Positions 26,801 through 38,800 of a stretch of 63,347 nt of DNA are shown here, one piece after another; position 1 is the stretch's first letter, and the number at the start of each line of letters is the position of its first letter. Both the position numbers and the translations under genes were made by a program. The stretch is from Oculina patagonica (Eukaryota): assembly GCF_052425735.1 (NCBI RefSeq), contig NC_135767.1, forward strand, positions 22,196,001 through 22,259,347, in the 5' to 3' direction. The notes below the pieces were generated by a model. The model had not been told where the DNA came from. It was given only the letters and a program-made list of their open reading frames with translations, and ran no database searches.

Positions 26801-29800
26801 CAGTACAACTGGGCAGGGCTTCATCTGACAATGTCAAACCATAAAAGTTCCTTGCATCACCTGGAAATCCACGATGCTGGGTATGCTTATATATATCGCA
26901 ATGGTCTCCAAATTCCTGGTGCAGCCCTCAAAGTTGATCTCTCCCACCATAATATAAGTAACGTACTCATTAACAATTCAGTGGGTATTGGCGTGCAAGT
27001 GGTATATCAGAGCGTTTTCCACAACAAGGCCTTGATGCCACATTCTACTGTTTCTAACACAAAATTTCACGGTGTTCTTTCACGGTCTCCTTCCCTTACA
27101 CTTACAGACGTAAATGTGACAAGTAGCAATGCCTACGGGTTTTTGTATGAAAGTACTTGGGATAGAATAAACATTTTCACAGCCGAAATGGTCAACCCAG
27201 ATGTGAACAAAACTCTACACGCCTGCTCAGAAAACAAAACGTTTCTATTGGCGAACAAACTGTATTACTTCACTTTAGAGGCACTAGAAAGGTTCTTGCA
27301 GTTTAGGTGCCAGCATGTTATGGAAACTGAGTCAGGTTATAAATTAGTCATTCAGGCTTTATATTATACACCTTGGTATCGTAACTATCATTTCTTACAC
27401 GTGTATGATGGTGCAAATGCCTCAGTTGGCTCGCCATGGAAGATGAAATCTCTATCGTGGGAGGATCGCCCTGTCTTCAACTCTACCAAATCATCTATTG
27501 TGTTTGATCTCTACAAGGACTTCGGAATAAAACTTGCTATTAATTTCTTAGTGTATACAGTGAAAGGTAAGTCATTCTCCAGTTTTTTTGTGAATTTAGA
27601 TAGGACGCTAAACAAATTGCAGTCCGTTGACTAATTCATTCGATTCCTAAAATATTTTGCTAATGCGTTTAAAATGGTATTCAACTTTCGACTATATAAC
27701 AGCCATTTCATATCGAGGTCTGGATGATTTCTTCAGACCTTAATTCTATTAAAATATATGTCAACTGTCCCAAATGTTCCTAAGGAACGAATCATCACTG
27801 TCACAACGAGAGAGAGGCAAAAAATTTAACCATAACACGTGCCACGATACTTTTGTCCCCACGTGTGAATGGAATATACCAGCAAAAATTGTCCTGTCAT
27901 GCTCTTAGATATCGGAATTTACAAATCAAAGTTTTGGAGTGCGAGAAAAAAAATTGATGTTCCGTTGATAAGTAAGACGTCCTTTACTTGGCAAATATTC
28001 ACCGAGATCGAATAAGCATAACTCAGTGGCTTACTATTGGCAAAATGCGCAATCTGATTGGCTACGTAGGTGCCGTCTATTGATCAATAGACCGCTTTTG
28101 GAGCACACGCTCAATTTTTCGCTGAATATATTCAATTAAAACATAAAAAAAAAAATCAATTCTAGAGATTTTCTGTGTTTAATAGATGAACCGAATCAGT
28201 CGAAATGAAAAGCTCATCACATATCATATTTATAACGTATTCCTTTTTTTTCGACTTTCTTAATTTGAAATTACTTTTGAACTTATTTGTGATAGAGAGC
28301 CAACAGCTTGATTACATCGGAGGAGAGATACGCATAGATCGAGCTACGATTACCAACAGTCTTCATGGAAATGTCAGGATTGGAGGGAACTTGTTAAAAT
28401 CTCTCACCATTACTGAAACAGACATTGCTAACTCCAAGGAATTCGGTATCAAAATTGCACCGAAAGGCATCAATGTCGTAAAAATCATTTCAACAAATCT
28501 TCAACAAAACAGAAAGGGAATTGAGTTTCCCGAAATGTCCATAACAGAATTAACGATTGAGAACTGTACCATCAATGGTTCAGAAAACTATGGCGTGTAT
28601 ATTGACAACGAGGGCAAGGGTATCATCAACATTGTAAACTCGATTATTACAGCCAGTGGTCGTGGCCTCCAAATTAATGATAATACTGAACGGGTAAGCT
28701 TAACCTTATTTGTCAGTGGTAGTACATTTTCGTGGAACAAGGTGGGGGCACTTTTATATTATCGTGGCTATCGATTCACATATAGCGATTTCCCCGCTGT
28801 ACAGATTAAGTCCAGCCATTTCTATCGAAACCAGGGACCTACTGTTGACATTAGAAGCAAGGGCCATTGGGTGTTTGCTAATAATACGTTTGAGCAAAAT
28901 CAAGGCACTTCTGTTATCGCATTTCACAAATTTGACTTCGACAAAGAATGGACATCACCCTTCGTTGTTCAAGATAACTTGTTTATCGCTAACCAGTGCT
29001 CAGATAAAGCAGTAATTAACATTGGGGAGTGGGCGAATCGTAATAATGTTGTAATAAGGAGCAACGATTTTACGTCAAATTCAGGACGCTGTGTGCTTCT
29101 TGAAGGAACAGCTACCCATGTTCCCATTTCCATAACAGATAACTTTTTTAATGAGAATTTTTGCGAAGATAAGAGTGTGATAGAGGTTCTTCACCTGGAC
29201 GAAAATTCCACGTTTTCGAACAACATCTTTACGCACAACAAGGCAGAGAGCGTGGTTCTTCTTCAATTTATACGTGACATCGACCTAACGACTCAGAGAA
29301 GAAAGGTCGCTTTCACTAACAACACTTTATCCAATAACATTCCTTTCACGTCATCGCAATTCTCAGCTGCAGACAATTACTGCGCTCTTGTTCTTTCTGG
29401 AATCCTTTATTACAAAGAAACGGAATTAAGCTTTAACAAATTTGATAACTGCAAATATCGGAGGGAACTGTGTATAAAGTTTCCTGCCAGTTCTTTGCGT
29501 GACGTTGTGAATGCGACACATAACTGGTGGGGTACAGCGATAGCAAGTGAAGTGCGTGACAAGATATCAGATTTCGATGACAATTATGACTTTGCTATTG
29601 CCGATAATTGGCCTTTTCTTCTAAGCCGCGATGATCCAACTTCAACTGTCGTCGAACAACACAATTCCAAACAACATGCAAGAGTTCTTTCTGGACGATT
29701 GTTCGAGTCTTTCGTACTCAAGGCCTCTCATAGCCCATATAGCGTGACTTCTGATTTGACCATTCTTGAAAACGTCACGCTAACTATAGAAGCAGGTGTC

Positions 29801-32800
29801 ACGGTCAAGGTAAGCCCTGGAATGAGCATACTTGTTGCTGGAGCGCTCCAAGCTCTAGGAACGTCTTCCAAGCCAGTTCTATTCACCGTCAAGGAACCAT
29901 CGGGCAGTAATAACGATTCACATCTACCTGTACGACTTTTCAATGGAAATTTTCCATGGGAGGGGAGGGCAGAAGTGTATTATAACAAGTCTTGGAAACG
30001 AATCTTTGCTTCCAGCAATGTGCACTTAAGGAACGTCATTGAAGTAGTATGTAGACAACTTGGCTATGGTCCGCCAGTCGCTGCCATGGTTCACTCTGAT
30101 GCATTTGGTCAGGCTGTTTCCGTATCGTGGACAGAGGAATTTCTTTGCCAAGGGACCGAAACATCCTTGCATGAATGTCCTACAAAAAAGCGCAACCTCG
30201 ACAAAAGAAGTATGTTAGCTGTTGTTGCGAAATGTCAGGGCATACCTTGGGGAAATTTGCGTTTTGTATCTTCCAGAGATCTAAACGCGTCCCAAACGGA
30301 GTCCGTGTTGAATCATGTCGAGTTTTCACATTGTGGCGTTCGTCATGGAATGGCTGTCCCAGCATTAGAGGCCGTGACAAATGTGCCTAAACTGAAATCT
30401 ATCTCGATAAGAAACTGTTTATCTGGTGGCCTACAAATTCACTCGCCAAGGAGTGATGTACATGTGTATAACAGCACGTTTTTTAACACTGGAGGGATTG
30501 GTATAAGCTTTACGCAAACACGACGCAACATTCTGGTTAAGAGTTCGGAATCATCAAAAAATCAACAAGGCATTTCCTTTGAGGAACCAAGTGCGCAAAA
30601 CGTCCCTCGTGTCCGCTATGGAAGTTTATTTCTATGTAGTGAGGAGAAAGCTTTCTTTGTCAACAATCAAGCGCATCTTTATTTCGATTTCCCAAGGACG
30701 AAGAACAGAGTGGTTTCGCTAACTTGTCAGAAAGTGTTGAAGGTACGCAAAGGTCAAGGGATCAAGTTAACTCTGTTGTACTTTAAAGGAACGCAGGATT
30801 TTAAAATCTATGACTCCAATAATACTGCTGATGCGATTTTGAAAACCTATTACTCTAATAGACGTATGACTGATCTTGTTCATAAAGAGTTGTTTATACA
30901 ACGTGATGCAATTTTGGTACAGTGGAGAGGCTGGGTAGGTGACGGGAATTCTGAAATTGTTTTCCTGGTAGAAGACATAAATATCAAGGGTAAGTTCCTT
31001 CTTAAGAATATTTTTTGATGGCTAAAATTATTTTAGAACACTTGTTAAAGCTTTAAATCAAAGTCAATTTTTGACTTCGCTAACGCTTAGGTCCAAAAAG
31101 GAATGCAAAACAAGAAAAACAAACAAACAAACAAACAAACAAACAGAAAAAAAACAAGGAAGAATAGCAACCAAAGAAAGATATAGGATGCCGTAAAATC
31201 GATTCACAGCATGAAATCCTAAATTTACGATTCCGTAACGATGCCGTAAAGAAATCGTTAAGATCCTCTTTACGTTTGTATACGAACCTCTTTACAATTT
31301 CGTACAGAACGTCTTTACGCACTGAAAACTACAGTGCGTAAAGAGTATGTAGGTAGACTATAAACGCTATGTTTACGCACGCTGTAAAAAATCGTAAAGA
31401 GGTTGCTTACGAAATTTTACGGCTACTGTAAGACGAACAGAAAGTCGATCTTTACGCGTTGTTGAACTATCGTAAATCGGCAGTATTAAAAAGCTCATTG
31501 ACGGCTTTGTATCTTTCTGTATTCTTCGTCAATATCTTTCCTTTTTGGTAATCCGACTTTTATAAATGCAGGTTTGTGTCAACATCTCAAAAGCCTATTC
31601 AGAATGTTTACGATTTTTAACGCTTCCGTAAACTGGGATATACATGTAATTTACGTATATGACTCCCAAGTACTGACCCAGCCCCAAGAAGAACAAGAAT
31701 ACATGTTTAATTCCTTGCAATTTATTTTATTATCATAACTCAAACCAAACATACATCTCTGTTATTTCAAGAATAAACGTTTAGCCACAGCTGTTACTCT
31801 GAAAAGCACTTGGTTTGATTGTTAATAACAGTGAATTTATACTAGAAATACTTGGAAACAATAACAGGTTTTTTAAAACTTGACTGTTCAGCTAAGTTGT
31901 ATTCTTTGTTTCCATTGTTCAAGGTGGTTTGGCTTAAGTGCCTACATGTATGTGACACAAATTATTTATTGTTACTGTACTGTAAAATATAATCTTATTG
32001 GCAATTATACATTTCTTTAGAGATGTGTCCACTAATTTAAAGCTTTGTACATGAAATTAATTTCACTGAATTTCCAACATTGCATGCTTAAAAGAAACTA
32101 AGTTAAAAGCACAAACACTATTTTTTTGGTGAAATTCGTTCCTAACAGGCCCAAAGTCGGCCAGCAGTTGCAGGCCTCTGACTCACCATCAACATCTCAT
32201 GGTTTTGTCATTGCCCTTGCATATGGCATTAGAATGTTCCCATGTGTGTGCTCAAGTTAAGCTTTTGCTTTTGCAAGACTGGCCCTCTCCCATGGTAGCT
32301 GCATGGTAACATGTTGCATAATTTATTAGTCTGCCTCATCCATAATGCATCAGTCAATTGAAACCCCGGCCCCCCGACTCCCGGGACTTACCGGGGAATT
32401 TAACATTTACCAAGTGTTAAAACCCGGCTCATTACCCCGCCCTAGGGGCCAAGTCGTCTGTTAAAACCTCCGCATAGCAGGGACATCCTAACCGAATAAA
32501 TTAACAGCTCAAGAGCGATATTCAGGAAAATCGGGGAAAAATCTTGATTTCGTTCCAGAAGTTAACAATCCTATTTCTATTATTTATTGTCCATATATAG
32601 ATATAAGGTGGGAAAGAAACCTGATGTAGTTTGTTTCCGCCGAAAGCCTTTTACTTTGAGAAAACTAAGAAATCATTTTTCGTAGTCAGAGTTACAATTG
32701 CCAAATTTCTAACCCGAAATAAGCTATTATGAACGCACCTGTCAGAAGACCCATAATATCGCCCTACAGAACATATTTCAGCTTCTGTTGACCATCTACT

Positions 32801-35800
32801 TCAGCCGGATAGCACAGTGTGACAAACTTTAATAACTTCAACGAGAAGATTACACTGCCTAAACAGCCTAAAAAAGCCTTCCTTGTCTCATTACACTGTA
32901 TGCGAAGCATACAAAGAATTTCATCAAGGAAACCCTCCCAAACCTAACAGGTTTTATAAGAGAGATATATACTAAGTCTGATCTTTCAAGAAAACTCGTT
33001 CATATTCAATGAAAAAGATTACCTTTAAACCCATCGAACAGCCACGGGCACAAAAATCACCAAAATAGAAAACGAAATACTCCGACAACGTAGCAATAAA
33101 CCTATCTTTAAAATAGAAGAATTTATTCTAAAAGCCAACAGCTTTTACCCTTCGATAAAATTCACGGCTGAAATATCAGAAACAGAAACTACTTTCTTGG
33201 AAACGATAGCGCACAAAGCTGGAGATTCCGCATGGAGTCTATCTTTAACGTGCGAGCACATTACAAACCTACAGAGCCGTTTCAATACACGAATTTCTGT
33301 TCGTGTCATCTGCCAGGCGTCACGAAAGGCTTTATCTAGGGAGAAGCGTTAAGACATCTTAGAACTAATTCCTCACAATGTACATTTGAGAAAAACATTA
33401 GTCCTTCATGTTAAATCCCGGCTGTCGTCCCCGCTTCAGGTGATTGCGTGCTGGCGTTAAATCACCGCGCCACGGCCCCGGTCTACCGACATTTTGTTAA
33501 ATCCACCGCCCACCGGGGGCAACGCGCCGTTAAAAGTGCGTTAAATCCCGGCTTTGGACGCGTTAAATCCCCAGTAAGTCCCGGGGGTCGGGGGGGCCGG
33601 GGTTTCAATTGACTAATGCATAATGAAGATCACTCATGGAGAGTAAAGTTTTTATGAGTCAATGATGATGAGTCGAATCTTAAAATTGAAAACAGTGTTG
33701 CCCTAACTAGCAAATGAAAGCTATCTGCAAGCAAACTAGAGTGGAACTCGCTACAAGCAAACCCGAGTAAAACCAAATGGCAAGTAGACCAGACCAGAAC
33801 TAACTGCAGGCAAACTAGGGTCACCATAAGCAAAGTAGAGCGCTTCTAAGCTACACTTGTATAATGGGAAACCATGGTTTAATAGATAATAACCAACTTT
33901 GTGTAAAATTCACCTTGAATCATGACTCATAGAAACTTTACTCTCCATTAGTGGTCTTCATTATAGGAGAGACACCTGTACCATGGAAGGGCCAGTCTTA
34001 CAAAAAGCAAAAGTTTAACTTGAGCAAACCCATGGAACACTCTTACTAATGCCATGCAAGGGTAATGACAAAACCATGAGATGTTGATGGTGAGACCTCC
34101 CACTCATGTTGTCCATGAAGATACAGCAGTCTCACAATAGCAACTATAGCTGCAGTGTCTTTCTTTTGCTGTCATGTCTTTCATCATTTTATATGCAAAG
34201 TGATGCCTTTCCAGTTTCTATTAAATGGAATAAAAAATAACAATTCAGTCACAGTGTGTGATTAGATGTGTGTGAGACATTTATTTACATCAACTCTGTT
34301 GTTATATTATAAGCACTTGCCCCATTCATTAAGCCAATTAACAAAATAAGAATTCTTACAGAAATTTCCTGTTAACACTGTACATGTGTTCAGTATTTGA
34401 GGCAAAACAGTAACTTTGACATTATTTTACTTCTGGACATGCATTGTTATCAGAGTGTACAGTATGCTTTCTTATTAAAGGACCCTAGCCAGCCTCTGTC
34501 ACTTTCAGTGCCATCGAAATTATGAAAACTGTATCGTGAAGCGAAATCTTATTGCATTGCTGTACATACAGTGTATACTGTAAGTTGTATTACTGGAAGT
34601 TAGCAGTTTCACCATTATCTGTTTTGTTTAGACACGCTCTACATGTACATAAAATACAGGTATACATTGTAACACCGAAATTCTTGCAATGGTGACTGAC
34701 AGGGGTCCTTTAAGATTTTAGTGTGTAACAAAAAGTTGTAATCACGAACTGGACTTGCATGATACATGTGTAATAAGTATGAAATAAGAAAACTGCAATG
34801 TCCATACTGCAAAAACAATGCACTCTGAGAGAGTAAGAGTCAGAATTGAGGTGAATTTCTTATTATTCACAAATCAGTCAATTTATCTCTCTCAATCTCA
34901 CTGAACTTTTTGATTTCTCACTCAACCTTTCCTTGTTTCATTACTTAGATCAATCTTTTTTGTGTGTGATCATATAAATTAATTTTGTCTAACCTCAAAA
35001 AGGGCAAAAAATGTTTCTGATAATAATCAGTAGTAGCCGAAAACAATCAGTGACTCTGGCTTTACAGGGATATAAATTGTAGCTAAGATTTGATTTACTA
35101 TTTGTGGGTATTAGCAAAGGAAAGGTCATGGCAAGGTTTCTGCACAGCCCCATACATTAATTACGCATACAATTTTCTGACTGACTCATTCTTTTCAGGG
35201 TACAATGTAAAGGTCTCCACAATGACAAGACAAAGGGACATGTTGCAAAAACATGTAGCAGTGACATACTCAGGGAAATGTGGCAGTGACATATCTCTTT
35301 GTGTGTGCTAATAATTTTGAGATGTGCAACAGGAATTCCTGCAACAGTTTGTCCCTGCGACATGTTGCACGACGTTCAATGAGTTGAATTCCGTGCAACA
35401 TGTAGCAAAGACAAAACAGCTTCAACACGTGATTTTGTCGCTTCTACATTTTGCTGCGACGTGTCCCTGTGACATGTCCCCACGTGTGTGGAGACCTTAA
35501 GATTCATGCAACAAACAATGTATTCTTATCCCTTCATGTACCTTACAATTTTCTTTAAGCAATCAAAAGCCAATGAACTCACCATTATTTTGTTGCTTTG
35601 AGCATTGATTTTCATTTATTGTTGTCAATAATTGTGTTGCTTTGAACATTGATTTTCATTGATTGTTGTCAACTACATGTATTTGTTTATCAATTGACTA
35701 TGATGGGTGTTTGTAGCCTGTGTCGCAGACATAATCTTACCCTGGCTAGGGTTTAGTTTAATCTGTGGCGCAGGCTAGGTGTTTGATGATCAAGCAAGAT

Positions 35801-38800
35801 ATTTTCAAAAGAATTCAGTTTGATTAAAATATTGTTTTTAAATTTACCAGACCTTTCAAAACCTGGGACTATGTACTTGTAAAATTCCATAATTTTGAAG
35901 TGAAACCGCAGTTCTCACTCATGGCTTTAGTTGCTAGTAGTTTTATCCAAGGTTGGAGAACATTGAAAGTGTGATTGATTTACAAAGTATATATTGATAC
36001 AAAGAGTCTACGCACTTCAAATGAGTAAATGGGTGAATAATAAGTGAATGTTTGCAATAATTTGTTTGTCGTGAACTCCTGGGGATTCGAACATGATAAG
36101 TAAAAATTATTGCTTAGCTCTAAAGTGTAAAGAAATATCTTCTAAAAGGGATGTACAGCATAGAAAAGGTAAGAAATTATACATAGCTTAAGACATAAAA
36201 AAGAGATTTAGCCTACTCACCTAATCATACCTCTGACACTGTTTCGCGCTCGACTCGAAGTCATGGAATAACCTGAGGAAATGGAACGATGTACGCGTCC
36301 ACCACACATTCCATCTCAACCTTTTTTTATGTCCGAAGGCTTGTATTGTATGTTAGGACAAGTTTTCGATAAACTGAGCTCAACAACAACAGGAGAGAAG
36401 ACTTCGAAGTGGACCGTTGAACAAGTTGTGAATCATTGTCACTTTCAAAATGGACGCCAAATTCAAGCACACACGTAAAACCGCTGACCCTTAATAGCGA
36501 CGTATAACAGTGCCCAGTCCACCTCTGAGGCTCGCAAGCCGATCGCATGAAAAGTCAATGAAAGACTTATAGAATGTGTTCGAGCTTCACGGTAACAATT
36601 CCATGGATTTTATAATAGTGTTTATAAATTGAACGAAGCACTGTTTTATTTAAAAGATAAGGTGTGGTTTTCACTTGCAAACAAGCAAAAAATTTAGATT
36701 CCGGGAGGTGGATCAATTTTTAGGATAAACCGAGGCGGGAGGCTAGGCCAATGAATGCAAGAAGCCTTGACAGTCTAATCTTATAGTTGGAAAAGCTAAC
36801 TGTCAAAGCATCATGCTTGCATATATCAGTGCAATCTCCATTGTAAGAATAAAACAGTTATCTCTCGTGATATATAAAGACAACTCCCTGTTTTTTAATG
36901 CTATTAAAATGTTCATCAAAAAAGGTAATTACAGCGGACAGTTTGTGGCCGTGTAAAAAAAAAAAACAGCTTAAACATATTCGGAAAGACATTTAAAAGT
37001 AGTTGAATTGTGCGTACAGAATTACTCGAATAGCCTTAAAGAAAAAGTAATGTTCTTAAAGAAATAAAAGGCGCGTTAAGATTGACTCTGAGTAAAGAAA
37101 GTTAAAGGTCCGTAAAGAACGGTTCGTAAAGAAGCGTAAACAATGTTAAAGATTCGTAAAGTTTTGACAACGAAACTGATCATAATAGTTTTAATTCTAC
37201 TCTGATCGACGATTTATCACTTCTTTTAGCATTTCTCTTATTAGAAAGTGGTGAATTATATACAAGGCGCGTAAGAACTGTTTTCAGTGCGTAAAGAAAG
37301 TTAAAGGTACGTAAAGAACGGTACGTAAAGAATCGTTAAGAATGTTAAAGACGCGTAAAGTGTTAACAGTGAAGCTGCTCAAAATATCTCTAATTCTACA
37401 TAAGACGGATGATGTTTCACTTCTTTCGGTATTTCTTTTCATAGAAAGTAGTGAATTAGCTTGAATAATATCCATCGAGTTCTTTATCCTTTACGAACAT
37501 GTAATATCCTTTACGCAGTCTTTACGCGTTCTCTGCCGTTTACGCATCTTTACGGAACGCGAACTTGTCCGTAAAGAAAAGGCCACATATTTACGAATAT
37601 TTACGCAAGCGGTAAAAATGCGTAAATTCGTGTTTTCATGCTGTGATTAAGAAAATTGAGGAAATCACATTTTTTACAATCTTTAGATGACCAAGATCAG
37701 AAAACAGAAATTTCGCGAAATATATTTCGCGCAAACGCTAGCGCTGCGATTTCGAAAGAAACCAACCGTGAAAGCAACATGTATTCATTTTGACGATATC
37801 TTTTTTAATTCATAGATATGCCATGTACATATCAGTATGGCTTTTGCGGCTGGCAGACATTCACCAACATGTCAGTCAATAGAATTAATGTCACGCGAAC
37901 ATGGATAACATCGACGAAAAGTGATTACACTTACTTCTCATTTCAAGGTACGTGCATGTCTCTATACAAAAGCTATAACTGGGAACGGAGATCGTGAGCG
38001 TGGTATCCACGCAAATCCATGCATATGTGTACCATTTTGTGATGTGTACCATTTTGTACCAGTTTTTTAAAGGGCCACCATTCTTTTTTACCTCACGATG
38101 CTCACCTCTAAATACCACTTTGTTACGGTCTCCGTCCACGATTATGGTTCCTGCTTTATATTATTTAGGAATGAAAGCTATACACATCATTTCTTCGGTG
38201 TAACATTGCAGTGTGACATGTCAGCCCACACAATGCAATATTATCGAGGTACTTGCTTGTACAAAAAGTTATAATAATCATGTATCCAGTTTCAACTCAA
38301 TTTAGCAATTAAGTTTAATGAGAAATTTTCCATTTCAGGAAAATCGTTATACATCGGTAACGAACGGCAGTCATATGTTTGCGGGCGTGCAGCAATCATC
38401 AGTCCTTCAATCACAAAACTGTCTCAGTTCTGCTCTATTGTGTTCTTTTACCGCGTGGGTAGGAAAGGAAAAGCTGGACTTTCACTCTACATCCAAACTG
38501 GTTAGTTTTCATCATGGTCATTTGCGTGTATGTTATAAAAATCGTCCACGACAGGATCTGGCTGCAATGCTACTTTGGTATATATCAGGCGACCAAGTCA
38601 AATGCAATCAGTGCGACACTGATTTTATGATCATCGTTTTGTTGTTTTCATTTAGCCGGGTTTATTTTAAGACACAGTCTAGTTTCCCCGATTGCCGTTA
38701 GTGACTAGGAGGCTCATGGCTATGTGTGACTTGTATATTCTTTTTAGATTTAGGATTAAAAAATTTTTGTCTTTTTTTTATCTTAAAGGAGCTTTTCCCA

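Larger units (their letters stand above)
31205..37645. mobile_element. 6.4-kb non-autonomous CMC/CACTA-like DNA transposon in gene B intron 6
   Basis: Ends CACAGCATGAAA..AATTTACG / CGTAAATT..TTTCATGCTGTG, 3-bp TSD ATT, dense CGTAAA/TTTACG subterminal motifs at both ends; no transposase ORF. Confidence 0.8.
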
